From an uncultured Candidatus Saccharibacteria bacterium (GTDB lineage Bacteria > Patescibacteriota > Saccharimonadia > Saccharimonadales > JAGQNJ01), in assembly GCA_964504275.1 (NCBI GenBank), contig CAZDDV010000001.1, positions 20,982 to 84,981 of the forward strand: a DNA stretch of 64,000 bases, written 5' to 3'. Below, piece by piece: positions 1 to 9,200 of this stretch (the stretch's first letter is position 1; the number at the start of each line of letters is the position of its first letter). Position numbers and translations under genes: made by a program. Under the pieces are notes generated by a model. That model was not told the origin of the DNA, ran no database searches, and was given only the letters and a program-made list of their open reading frames with translations.

Positions 1-561
1 GAACGGCAAGTAATCACTCAAAAATTCCGCAATTGCATCTTCATCATCGGGCGCAAAGTAAATATCAAGCGCTGGCAAAAACCGTTTGAGCGGCAGGAGA
101 GAAATCGAATCAATTTGGCCTTCTTCGATAATTGCAAAAGATTTAAAATCGCTCAATGCGTAGGTTTTTTGACCAACCCTAATAACGCCGTCGCTCAGTT
201 GGTAGTTCAAAACTGCCGGCTTGCGATTTGCTAAAATCATAAATCCAATTGCGAAAACAATCATGACACCAACCGTAAAAATACTTCGCGTGATAGCGAA
301 TGTAGCGATCAAGAAAATCGCTGTAGCGACGCCAAATTTTATAAACCAGACAGGCGATTTTTCGTGCGCAATATATTCCGATGCTGTCCAAGAAATGTGT
401 TCGCTATCTTGCTCCATAGCGTGTTGCTGGGGAACTTGCTGTTGCGGTTGCGGCGTAATTTGCGGCGCTGGCCCTTGCGCTGGCGTTTGTGGTTCTGGAG
501 ACGGCTGTGGTTGCTGCCCGCCTGGCTGGAATGTCCACCCCGGTTGTTGCTGATCCTGCAT
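1..561 (-). CDS. Conserved CPR-type membrane protein (Pro/Gln-rich N-terminus, 2 TM); 3' end runs off the window
   Basis: Not in the ORF track. Manual translation from ATG 561: MQDQQQPGWTFQPGGQQPQPSPEPQ...ISWTASEYIAHEKSPVWFIKFGVATAIFLIATFAITRSIFTVGVMIVFAIGF...LSDFKSFAII...; open to base 1. Confidence 0.75.
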   Translation of the reverse strand, partial: MQDQQQPGWTFQPGGQQPQPSPEPQTPAQGPAPQITPQPQQQVPQQHAMEQDSEHISWTASEYIAHEKSPVWFIKFGVATAIFLIATFAITRSIFTVGVMIVFAIGFMILANRKPAVLNYQLSDGVIRVGQKTYALSDFKSFAIIEEGQIDSISLLPLKRFLPALDIYFAPDDEDAIAEFLSDYLPF

Positions 562-583
562 ACGCTTATTGTACACGTATCGG

Positions 584-630
584 TAATACTAAAAAACCAC
601 CTTTGGTAAAGATGGTTATTTTTTGATTAT
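584..630 (-). terminator. Imperfect hairpin directly after the duplicated tRNA 3' end; probable terminator
   Basis: Minus strand reads ATAATCAAAAAATAACCATCTTTACCAAAGGTGGTTTTTTAGTATTA, a stem followed by a T-run. Confidence 0.5.
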
Positions 631-650
631 GGCGGAGAGGGAGGGATTCG
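628..650 (-). repeat. 23-bp exact direct repeat of the tRNA-Ser(GCT) 3' end
   Basis: TATGGCGGAGAGGGAGGGATTCG occurs at 628-650 and 762-784. Confidence 0.9.
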
Positions 651-763
651 CTTTTCTCGATCAATCTCGAAAAGTGCCGGGGTCAGCCACCCGGGCTAAC
701 CCGTTCGAATCCCATCAACATCAACCATACAAAAAGCCGAACTTAAAGACTCGGCATTTTGTA

Positions 764-856
764 TGGCGGAGAGGGAGGGATTCGAACCCTCGCTGGAGCG
801 TGAGCCCCACTAACGATTTAGCAAACCGTCCCCTTCAGCCACTTGGGTACCTCTCC
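764..856 (-). tRNA. tRNA-Ser(GCT)
   Basis: GGAGAGGTACCCAAGTGGCTGAAGGGGACGGT-TTGCTAA-ATCGTT...GGTTCGAATCCCTCCCTCTCCGCCA; long variable arm, encoded CCA. Confidence 0.97.
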
Positions 857-927
857 GTATCTATAAATTGTAATGTACTTTGGACCGATACGCATTTGTT
901 TGCCGGCAAACCGTCAATCGATTCACT

Positions 928-1017
928 TGGCGGAAGGGGAGGGATTCGAACCCTCGGAACCGTTGCCGGCTCGCTGGTTTTCAAGACCAGTACCTTCAAC
1001 CACTCGGTCACCCTTCC
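928..1017 (-). tRNA. tRNA-Ser(TGA)
   Basis: GGAAGGGTGACCGAGTGGTTGAAGGTACTGGT-CTTGAAA-ACCAG...GGTTCGAATCCCTCCCCTTCCGCCA; long variable arm, encoded CCA. Confidence 0.97.
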
Positions 1018-1060
1018 AGAACAGGGGTGATTATAACAGCAAACTGATGTGAATAAAAGG

Positions 1061-1726
1061 TTAAATCGTTTGGGCGAACGCGCATGCATCGACTTTTTTT
1101 GCGCCGGCTTGTTTGAGGGTGCGTGCAGCTTCGTTCAATGTTGCGCCGGTGGTCATGATGTCGTCGATCAAAATGACGCGTTTTGGCATATGGTTCGAAA
1201 CAGGCAAATACGCGCCCTGGACTTGCTGGATTCGTTTTTTGCGCTCACTGGTGACTTGGCGAGTATTACCTGCGCGAGTCAGCAAAGCTTTGCACGGCAA
1301 ATTTCTAATCTGTGCAAATTCTTTGGCAATCAGCTCAGCGTGATCAAAGCCGCGCGTTCTAACCCGAGACCGCGCCGTTGGCACAAATGTTATGGTAACG
1401 TCTTCAAAATACGGCGATGTTTGGTCCAGCCAACTTGCAATCACCACACATGCACTGCGATCTGGATTAAATTTCATATGCCGCACAAGTTGTTTGGCGG
1501 AATCTTTGTAGATCGTACTGACCCATATTTGGCGCAGTGGCGTTTTGGGCTTGCAAAAAGCGCACACCTGAAAGTCACGTGTTTGGGCCTGGCAAAACGC
1601 ACAGCGGCTCGGCACAGCGTCAAATATGTCGGGTAAGCACCAATCGCAGACAATGGAACCTTCGCGCTCGCAACCAAGACAATTGTTCGGTGCGATCAGA
1701 TTTAGTGCACGATCCAGGATTTTCAT
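1061..1726 (-). CDS. comF: ComF family protein (double zinc ribbon + phosphoribosyltransferase fold)
   Basis: CxxC pairs (CLGC, CDWC, CAFC x2), RGFDHA, LIDDIMTTGATL; start placed at MKILDRAL (ATG 1726). Confidence 0.9.
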   Translation of the reverse strand: MKILDRALNLIAPNNCLGCEREGSIVCDWCLPDIFDAVPSRCAFCQAQTRDFQVCAFCKPKTPLRQIWVSTIYKDSAKQLVRHMKFNPDRSACVVIASWLDQTSPYFEDVTITFVPTARSRVRTRGFDHAELIAKEFAQIRNLPCKALLTRAGNTRQVTSERKKRIQQVQGAYLPVSNHMPKRVILIDDIMTTGATLNEAARTLKQAGAKKVDACAFAQTI

Positions 1727-1898
1727 GCCCACACAATACGCGCCAATAAACACCAGCGCAACCCCGGCAGCTTCTGCTGTTGTGATTAATGTGTTGTAAA
1801 TGATGTAGGGTAGTTGTTGCCCTCTGGTGTCCAGGTACGTTATACTTGCAAGCAAGACAAAAACGTTTTGGACGAACTACTAACGGAGGGTAACAACC

Positions 1899-2381
1899 AT
1901 GGCGCGCAAAAACCGCGACGAAGATTTATTGATTGAAGACGAACTGACAACCGCATTTTTAAGTGACGATGATGTTGCGGCTGCAGCAGGAGTTGCAATG
2001 CCAGCGACAAACACCGAACAACAACCAACAGACGAATGGGACGAAGAAGAAGCTGTTCCTGGACAACTGGCAGTTGATGTATACGAAACCAAAGAAAAAC
2101 TATATGTAAAAGCTCGCACCGCCGGTGTGAACAAAAGCGATCTTGATGTAAGCATCTCTGATAATACCCTACAGGTCCGCGGTACGTTATCTGCAGGCAA
2201 CGAAGACGATGTCGTAAATTATTTTGTACAAGAATGTTACTGGGGTGAATTCTCACGAAGTCTCGCGCTGCCTATTCCTGTCAAAGAAGACGAAGTAGAA
2301 GCCGTACTAAAAGATGGCGTTCTAACAATTAGCTTTACGAAAGTGAAGCAGGATACCGTTAAAAAGATTCAAGTCTTATAA
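1899..2381 (+). CDS. Small heat shock protein, Hsp20/alpha-crystallin family
   Basis: LAVDVYET, ECYWGEFSRSLALP, AVLKDGVLTI; GGAGG RBS upstream. Confidence 0.93.
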   Translation: MARKNRDEDLLIEDELTTAFLSDDDVAAAAGVAMPATNTEQQPTDEWDEEEAVPGQLAVDVYETKEKLYVKARTAGVNKSDLDVSISDNTLQVRGTLSAGNEDDVVNYFVQECYWGEFSRSLALPIPVKEDEVEAVLKDGVLTISFTKVKQDTVKKIQVL

Positions 2382-2469
2382 GACTAAGACGCTCACGTGC
2401 CTTTTCTGTTTTCGACTGGGCCGGCTTACAACTTTTCTATAACGTAAAACAAAAATGGTACTTAAAATA

Positions 2470-2508
2470 AATCACTCGCTCTGGGTTTGCCCCCAAGCGA
2501 GTGTTTTT
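2470..2508 (+). terminator. Intrinsic terminator-like hairpin downstream of hsp20
   Basis: CACTCGCT(2473-2480)...AGCGAGTG(2496-2503) followed by TTTTT. Confidence 0.6.
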
Positions 2509-2570
2509 ATATCAGTAGGATTGTCTGCAGTTGAACGAACCAATCGGCCCATCCTGGTCATTTGCCAAAT

Positions 2571-2600
2571 AAAATACCCCCAAACTTATGGGGGTATTAA
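2571..2600 (-). terminator. Hairpin terminating the pilin operon
   Basis: AATACCCCCA-AACTTA-TGGGGGTATT; T-rich tail on the minus strand; ~25 bp past the pilin stop. Confidence 0.7.
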
Positions 2601-2625
2601 TATTAACTACTAAGCCTGTTTTTAC

Positions 2626-3042
2626 TTAAGCTTCTATAACTCGGCCAAGTACAAATCGAACAATTATTTGTGCCATCGCAACAATGACCAAACCGATGAT
2701 AGCGTATAAAATAGTGTTTTTGGCACCGCCAACGCTTCCGGAGTCACCGCCAGAAGTGATGTACTTAAGACCGCCAACGATAATCATAATCACCGACACA
2801 ACACCGACGACAAGCGAAAAGATGTTAATGACAGATGCAACGATTCCATCTAGCTTGGATTTCGCGTCTTCTGTGCTGGTAGTACAAGTTGCAGGGCCAG
2901 TTTTCAGACATGTCCCGCTGTCTAGTGATCCGGTAATATCCGGTTGTTCTGCGGCGAAAACCGCTGCGGGTGTTAAAACTGCGAACAGTGCCACACCTGC
3001 GCTGGCAAGAGCTAGGCTAATTCTTTTTACTAAACTTTTCAT
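2626..3042 (-). CDS. VirB2/TrbC-like T4SS pilin 1
   Basis: Signal-like N-terminus, Cys pair, two hydrophobic helices around GGLKYITSGGD...AKNTILYAIIGL; AAGGA RBS. Confidence 0.88.
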   Translation of the reverse strand: MKSLVKRISLALASAGVALFAVLTPAAVFAAEQPDITGSLDSGTCLKTGPATCTTSTEDAKSKLDGIVASVINIFSLVVGVVSVIMIIVGGLKYITSGGDSGSVGGAKNTILYAIIGLVIVAMAQIIVRFVLGRVIEA

Positions 3043-3131
3043 TCAATAGTTCCTTTCTTTTGAAATACTTTCTTTAAATAAATCTACCACAGTAGTTCCA
3101 TGGGCGCAAGAAACGCTTATACTTATTGTAC

Positions 3132-3563
3132 TTATGTTGCTGGTGGGGCAGGGGTGCCCAGTATACGCCCCAAAACAAAACGAACGATAATCTGCGCCAT
3201 TGCAGTAACCGCCAGGCCAATAATCGCATAGAGGATCGTGTTCTTGGCACTATTAACACCACTGGAATCTCCTGCAGAAGTAATATACTTTAACCCGCCA
3301 ACAATAATCATAATTACAGATATAACACCGACGATTAGGGATAGGATATTAATTGCCGCCGCGATAACACTATTAATCCTAAGTTGAGCATCTGCAGTCT
3401 GCCCGGGATTACAGGCAGTATTTTGCAAATTTGCTCCCTTACAAGCTTCTTCTTTTGAGTTTGGAAAAAGCTGGGCATGAGCCGGCACGGCAAAAACTAG
3501 CGGAGACATGACCGAGAGCGTTATAAGTGCTGCCCTGATAAGTATTTTTAGTTTTTGAAGCAT
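3132..3563 (-). CDS. VirB2/TrbC-like T4SS pilin 2
   Basis: AHA signal-peptidase-like site, Cys pair, GGLKYITSAGD...AKNTILYAIIGL. Confidence 0.88.
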   Translation of the reverse strand: MLQKLKILIRAALITLSVMSPLVFAVPAHAQLFPNSKEEACKGANLQNTACNPGQTADAQLRINSVIAAAINILSLIVGVISVIMIIVGGLKYITSAGDSSGVNSAKNTILYAIIGLAVTAMAQIIVRFVLGRILGTPAPPAT

Positions 3564-3582
3564 ATGTTTTTCCTTTTTATTT

Positions 3583-3984
3583 TTATAGTTTACTAAGCAA
3601 AAATGTCACTATCGCCTGAGCGATTGCGGCCACCGCTAAGCCCGCAAGCGCCGCTATAATGGCTTTTTGCATCGTAGCAATTGTATTTGAATCTCCGTTT
3701 GAGACCACAATTCTAAGTCCAGCAATAACGACTGTAAAGACAGCCACAATGCCCAAGATCATCACGAGTAATTGCACCGCTTTGGTCATGATGCCCTCTG
3801 GCCCCAAGATTGGACTAGAGCTAGAACCCGTCGCATTATCCTTGCAAACGGCTGGAGCGTCACCGGCTCGATTGCAAACAGGTTTTAATATATCTGTCTG
3901 AGCTAACGCGACGCTTACTGGCATGAACGTAATACCTAGACTCACTAAGATCAGTACAAACATATTACGGAGTCTTTTGATCAT
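3583..3984 (-). CDS. VirB2/TrbC-like T4SS pilin 3
   Basis: Start at MIKRLRN (TGATG overlap with the upstream gene); AGLRIVVSNGD...QKAIIAALAGL. Confidence 0.83.
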   Translation of the reverse strand: MIKRLRNMFVLILVSLGITFMPVSVALAQTDILKPVCNRAGDAPAVCKDNATGSSSSPILGPEGIMTKAVQLLVMILGIVAVFTVVIAGLRIVVSNGDSNTIATMQKAIIAALAGLAVAAIAQAIVTFLLSKL

Positions 3985-4319
3985 CACAGCCTCCCTAAAA
4001 CTACAGAAATAATTGCCTCGGCCAACACAACTATGGCCAGCCCAACACACGCATAAATAATAGTTTGGCGGGCCTTAGCGATAGATTGCGAATCTCCTTG
4101 TGATGTCACTAATTGAAAACCCGCAATAACGATGTAGATAACGGTAACGATACCTATAACTCCAAAGAACACCTGTAAAAAACGGCCTACGACTGGCGCA
4201 TCCAACTGCGCTGTGGGCAAAAGAGTGCCGTTACACGCATCAGGCCCAGCGTTGAAATCACAATTCGCTACGCCTAGTGTCCTCAGGTTTATTTCGTGAG
4301 CAATCAAAAAAGCGTTCAT
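3984..4319 (-). CDS. VirB2/TrbC-like T4SS pilin 4
   Basis: AGFQLVTSQGD...ARQTIIYACVGL; TAATG coupling at 4319. Confidence 0.83.
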   Translation of the reverse strand: MNAFLIAHEINLRTLGVANCDFNAGPDACNGTLLPTAQLDAPVVGRFLQVFFGVIGIVTVIYIVIAGFQLVTSQGDSQSIAKARQTIIYACVGLAIVVLAEAIISVVLGRL

Positions 4320-4720
4320 TATTTTATCACCTGTCCAACTACATAAGTCAGTACTGTTGCAGAGGCAAGCGCAATCACCATCCCAACAACAGATTTTATA
4401 ATAGTATCGCGAGCCTGGGCGGTTTTATCTGGCAAGCCCTGGCTTGAAATATACCGAACGCCGCCCACTATAATAAAAACCGTTGCGACCATAACCGCAA
4501 TACGTAGAAGCATGTCGGTTACCGCCGCCACAATGAGCCAAACATCGTTTATAGAGCTAATCTGCGGAATGCACTGTAATCCACCGATGGAATCAGTCAG
4601 TAGTTGGCCTGGCAAGTATTTATACCATGTAGGGAACACCCCTAGTATTTCTGTACCTGGCTTGCAAGAAGCGGTCGCCGCCTGTCCAAAATTTTGCAAA
4701 AAATTAACAAACGAAATCAT
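4319..4720 (-). CDS. VirB2/TrbC-like T4SS pilin 5
   Basis: PTWYKYLP N-terminal motif; GGVRYISSQG.PDKTAQARDTIIKSVVG. Confidence 0.83.
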   Translation of the reverse strand: MISFVNFLQNFGQAATASCKPGTEILGVFPTWYKYLPGQLLTDSIGGLQCIPQISSINDVWLIVAAVTDMLLRIAVMVATVFIIVGGVRYISSQGLPDKTAQARDTIIKSVVGMVIALASATVLTYVVGQVIK

Positions 4721-4728
4721 ATTTTTTC

Positions 4729-5634
4729 CTAGAGTAACCCTCTCGGGATAATCCAGTTTAGTATAGCATAGATAAACATAAAGAAGACCATCGCGCCAAC
4801 ACTACTAACGATGCGCTTAATCGCGTCCGCTGTGGCCTTTGGGTTACCTCCAGATGTAGTAAATTGTATACCGCCGACAATTATAGATGCAACGCAAACA
4901 ATACCTGCCCCAACTGACAAAAAGCGGGAAATTGCCAAGATCATGTCAATGATTGCATTACCCTCGCCCCTACAGCCTATGTCAATACTGGTAAATGTTT
5001 GCCCTTGATCGTCGCTTCCACACTTATACTTATCCGCTTCTGGCAATTTAACTTTTTTGTTGCTCACGGCTAAGGCTGGCTGCGAAGACGTTGCACCAGT
5101 AATGTTTGAGCACTCAGTTTCACGAGCATTCGCCTGAACCGTGCCAGCACCGACACCGCCAGACAACACAAAACACCCGGGCGCTAGCGGAACATCGGCC
5201 GGGCAATTAATTTTTCTAAAGCCACCCACGCTTGCAGATTCAAAACAATTCGCAACCGTGGTGTCATAGGTGATAATCGGCAAGTTGCCAGGCTTATCGT
5301 CCCTAGGAAGCAGTGGAGTAGATGTTGCTTCTGGGCCATTGGCATCATAGCAAGTTGTCTCGACTGGCTTTGTTGGCCCGTATTGCGTGCCCCAACTTAT
5401 ATAGCATTTACCGCCCTGTGGCTCAAAGGCTGGATAAATTGTTTTGATGCCCTCACAGGAGCGGCTGAGCCAAATAATTACCGTTGATCCTGTCGCGGGC
5501 GCACTGACCCAGCAACCTGGTTCAAACCGATGTGCCGAAGCTGGTTGCGGCCTATACAAGCTTGTGCCAAATACACCAAACGCCAAAAATAATCCAGAAA
5601 AGAACGCCAAGAATAAATTACGATTTTTTATCAT
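4729..5634 (-). CDS. Extended pilin-like protein with a Cys-rich N-terminal domain (pilin 6)
   Basis: Signal peptide (ASA), 10 Cys ahead of a C-terminal pilin core GGIQFTTSGGNPKATADAIKRI. Confidence 0.78.
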   Translation of the reverse strand: MIKNRNLFLAFFSGLFLAFGVFGTSLYRPQPASAHRFEPGCWVSAPATGSTVIIWLSRSCEGIKTIYPAFEPQGGKCYISWGTQYGPTKPVETTCYDANGPEATSTPLLPRDDKPGNLPIITYDTTVANCFESASVGGFRKINCPADVPLAPGCFVLSGGVGAGTVQANARETECSNITGATSSQPALAVSNKKVKLPEADKYKCGSDDQGQTFTSIDIGCRGEGNAIIDMILAISRFLSVGAGIVCVASIIVGGIQFTTSGGNPKATADAIKRIVSSVGAMVFFMFIYAILNWIIPRGLL

Positions 5635-6136
5635 TCGGTTGCTCCAGTTCTATATCATACCGATTTATGCGATAAGTATCTTCTTGTTTCACAATATTAA
5701 ACACGAACTTCAGCATCGTGCCGCCTTGTTTGGTTGGGCACGTGTAATTAACTATCTGTTCGGAATTTGCCGCGTCCGCCACGCACTGGGAGACATCAAC
5801 GTTGGCAAAGACAGATGGTACTTGGGCAACATACTTTTCTTGGGTAACTAGGTTCTGGGTCTCGCTAGAAAATAATTTAAAGGCGTTTTCGTATGTTCCG
5901 TCTGCCATGTGGCGAAAGTATTGCTCTGGTACTTGGGAAGCAACATCAAACTTGGGGCCACTGGCTGTTTTGACATTATTATTAGACATTACAAAAATCA
6001 GGCCAACAATCAGACCGAATACGCCAATCACCCCACCGAACAAAACAAAAGGGTTTGGGCCTTTTTTCTGAATTGGGGCTTGTTGGTTAGTTATAAAATC
6101 GTAATTTGGTTGTACGTTTTGGTTTTGATCGTTCAT
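5618..6136 (-). CDS. Single-pass membrane protein, first gene of the pilin operon (possible NTF2-like outer domain)
   Basis: Probable start MNDQNQ (ATG 6136); one TM (FVLFGGVIGVFGLIVGLIFVM); overlaps the start of pilin 6. Confidence 0.65.
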   Translation of the reverse strand: MNDQNQNVQPNYDFITNQQAPIQKKGPNPFVLFGGVIGVFGLIVGLIFVMSNNNVKTASGPKFDVASQVPEQYFRHMADGTYENAFKLFSSETQNLVTQEKYVAQVPSVFANVDVSQCVADAANSEQIVNYTCPTKQGGTMLKFVFNIVKQEDTYRINRYDIELEQPNDKKS

Positions 6137-6261
6137 GATTTGATTCCATCGTACCGCAAAAACGGCTATCAGAAAAGCCCCTGCAACTTGAATCCGATTT
6201 TCCGGTATCACAAAGGTTTCTTTTGTTATAAAATAAGCACGACAGGTTAATTTAGCTACTT

Positions 6262-9200
6262 ATGCAAAATATTTTTAAAGATTTTAAGGTGTGGTCTACT
6301 CGGTTTGCCCTTTTTACAGCAACCTTTGTGTTTTTTAGCACTCTTATTCTTGGCACCATGACCGCGCAAAAAATTAACGCGCAAACTAAGGTGCTACTAT
6401 CGCCGTCCGAACATGCAATTAAGTATCAGGTTATGCAGTTCCTAAAAGTTTGTGGCGACAACAAGGGCTGGCACAGTAGCCAAGGAGCTGGAACTCGGAG
6501 TGAGGGCCTCTCGGCAGAGGAGCTCAACCAAGGGCGGTTCTTTGATGATGAAATTAAAGATTCAACGATTTTTGGAAACGAAATCAGTGTAGGAGCGCTT
6601 ACTGATGATGATGATGGCAATTTCAACTGCTTAGTAAAGCAAGGGACACCCGCAGTTGTTGTTAACCAGCAATATGACGTACAAAAGGCGGTGCAATACC
6701 AGCAAGAAGACCTTATAAAGTTTCTCGTGGAGAGCAATGTATATCGTGTGGGCGAAAACGGCAGATATTACCTACATGATGAAGAAGATTCTGATCGCAG
6801 CAACAAAGTTATTGAGTATTTCAAGAATAACAATCAGGGATATTCATTCGACGGAGATCTGCCTGATAGTGCGAAATATTTTAACTGGAAGGCGTCCTAT
6901 TTAAAATTTTGTGCAGAAGGTGGAAAGCCAATCGATAGTGGCAGCATAGAATTGCCAAATGTAGGAGAAGACGGGAAAAGACAAAACGACAAGTTTCAAA
7001 TAAAAAGTGATGCGGCCGGAAATAAATCGGTTGGTAGAGGAATGGGCCAAGGAGATCGCGACGAATTCAGTTGTAATGAAATAGCCGACGGAATGCGCGC
7101 CACGGCCGACGCTGCAGTCAAGGGCGTCGAGGATTACGTAAAAGCTGGTGGTAAAGTTAAGCCGAACCCAAATGCGCCGGGTACGGCGGATGATGATAGC
7201 CCAACCTGCGAAAGCTCTGGCGGCATTACTTGGGTGATCTGCCCATTTATCAACGGTTTGGCCGAGCTTGCCGATGGTGCATTCGAAAAACTAATAATTC
7301 CACTACTCAAGACGAGTCCGGTCGACACGACCAATACTAGCAGCCCTATATTCCAGGTTTGGCTGGGGATGCGTAATGTTGCCAATATTTTGCTAGTTAT
7401 TGCCATGATCGTCATTGTGTTTGGTCAGGCAATTGGCGGAGGATTGGTAGACGCCTATACCGCCAAAAAAGTACTACCCCGCATCTTGGCAGCTGCAATT
7501 ATGATAAACCTGTCTATTTATATGGTCGCGTTTGCGGTCGATGTTACGAACGTTATTGGGCAAGGCTTATCAAGACTTATCTATGCACCATTTGATCAAG
7601 TTGGAGCTTTTAAATTTAATCTTTCTTCCTCTACAGCTGGGCTTGGTTTTGTAGGAATGATAGCTGCAAGTGCCGCCATTTGGAAGATCGGCGCTTTGAT
7701 TCCATATTTGTTACTCTTCGTTCTCCTACCCCTCGTACTCGCGGCAGTAGGTGTAATCTTTACGCTCGTACTGCGAATGGGGCTCATTCAGTTCCTGATA
7801 ATCAGCAGTCCGGTTGCTTTTGTGCTGTACTGCCTACCGAACACCGAAAAGTACTTTCAGAAATGGTGGAGTTTATTCATAAAGACATTAATGGTTTACC
7901 CTATCATTGTTCTGATATTCACATTAGCCGACGTAATCGCAGTTACAACGGACATTGCCGCTCAAGAAAGCGATCAAGAAGTTACAGCTGCATTTGGTCA
8001 ACTGATCTCTGTTGTTCTTCTGGTGCTGCCATTATTCATGGTACCCTACGCATTTAAGCTTGCTGGTGGTGCCGTTGGTGCCGTACACGGCGCCCTTTCT
8101 ACTGGCGGCAAAAAGAGCGTCGAAGCCATCAAGGGCAACCCCAACGACCCAAATAGTTTGCGCAACAGAACAAAACGTAACGTTGGATCCTCAATGGTTA
8201 AAAACCGCGCTCAGCTTGTTCGATCAAACCTCGACTATAAAGGCACGGGTTTGAACGCGCGACTCCGTCGAAAATTTGGCGAAAAAGTTAACTATGGAAA
8301 TATAATGGATAAAGAAGCCGAGATCAACGAAGATGCCGCTAAGCGAATGGGCCGAACGATTGGGGCGGGTGACGATCGATACATACGAGCACGGACTTCT
8401 TTGCCACTTTTCCAAAAAGCGGGAGGGGGCGAAACTACTAATACAGCAGAAGCTGTGATGGATACCAGTGGGACAGCTCTGCGCCTACTCAATAAAGATA
8501 CGGGTCAAGCAATGCGCACTTCACTTAATGGACAAAAACGTTTTACTGATGTCGACTACAAAAAGTCTACGCAACTATTCCAAACCATGGGTGAAATGCA
8601 AGAGGCAGTAAACCATGAAGCCAAAAAAACACTTACCGATGGCGACACCGACCGCTTAGTCGGAGGTTACGGCGATTGGGCAAAGCAAGAAGGATTGACG
8701 AAAGAGCAGGCCAGCGGATTATTCACAGGAGTTGCTTTTGCGCGGCAAGGTGAGCGACTTGAACTCAAGCACAGCACGGTGGATGAAGAGATTGACCCTG
8801 ACGATCCGAAAAAACGCAGACTATTCGTCAAAAGCGCAACTGACAATATGAGCGGCACATCAATTGATAGTACCGGTACTGTGAATAAAATCGGGGGACG
8901 CGATGCGTTTGTTCAAGAGCTCTATGACAAAAAGGGCAGTTGGGCAGTTTCACAAATGCATGATTCAACTATCAATCAAGTTGGTGAAGCTAAAGAAAAA
9001 TATGCTGCAGAAATTAAAGACCTATCTTCCAGAGAATCACTCGGAACACTCAGCGAGCAAGAACTTGGAAGGCTTAAATTATCACGGGAAAAACTTGATC
9101 ACATTCAAGAAATGGAAGAATCTTGGGTGGCCGACCCAACCCGAACCGCAACAGGAATTCCAATGGGTGCAGTCGATGACAAGGGTACGCCTGGCTATAG

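Noticed and set aside
221-553. Cys-rich 110-aa ORF on the + strand
   Set aside because: It is the antisense shadow of the Gln/Pro-rich gene on the minus strand (CAA/CAG codons read as TGC/TGT/TTG).
628-784. Intact prophage or genomic island at tRNA-Ser
   Set aside because: Only ~110 bp lie between the repeats and there is no integrase; kept only as a scar/repeat finding.
928-1017. tRNA-Sec or UGA suppressor; genetic code 25
   Set aside because: The anticodon is TGA (reads UCA, Ser), not TCA. TGA ends several intact genes here (3984, 11399, 26390, 57583, 62358), consistent with code 11.
623-1089. ORFs 623-1030 (+) and 835-1089 (-)
   Set aside because: They overlap the two tRNA-Ser genes and are spurious translations.
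2626-5634. Type IV (PilA-type) pilins or a DGR/shufflon-diversified cassette
   Set aside because: No G|FTLxE prepilin motif, no reverse transcriptase or invertase, and no near-identical DNA repeats between the pilins.
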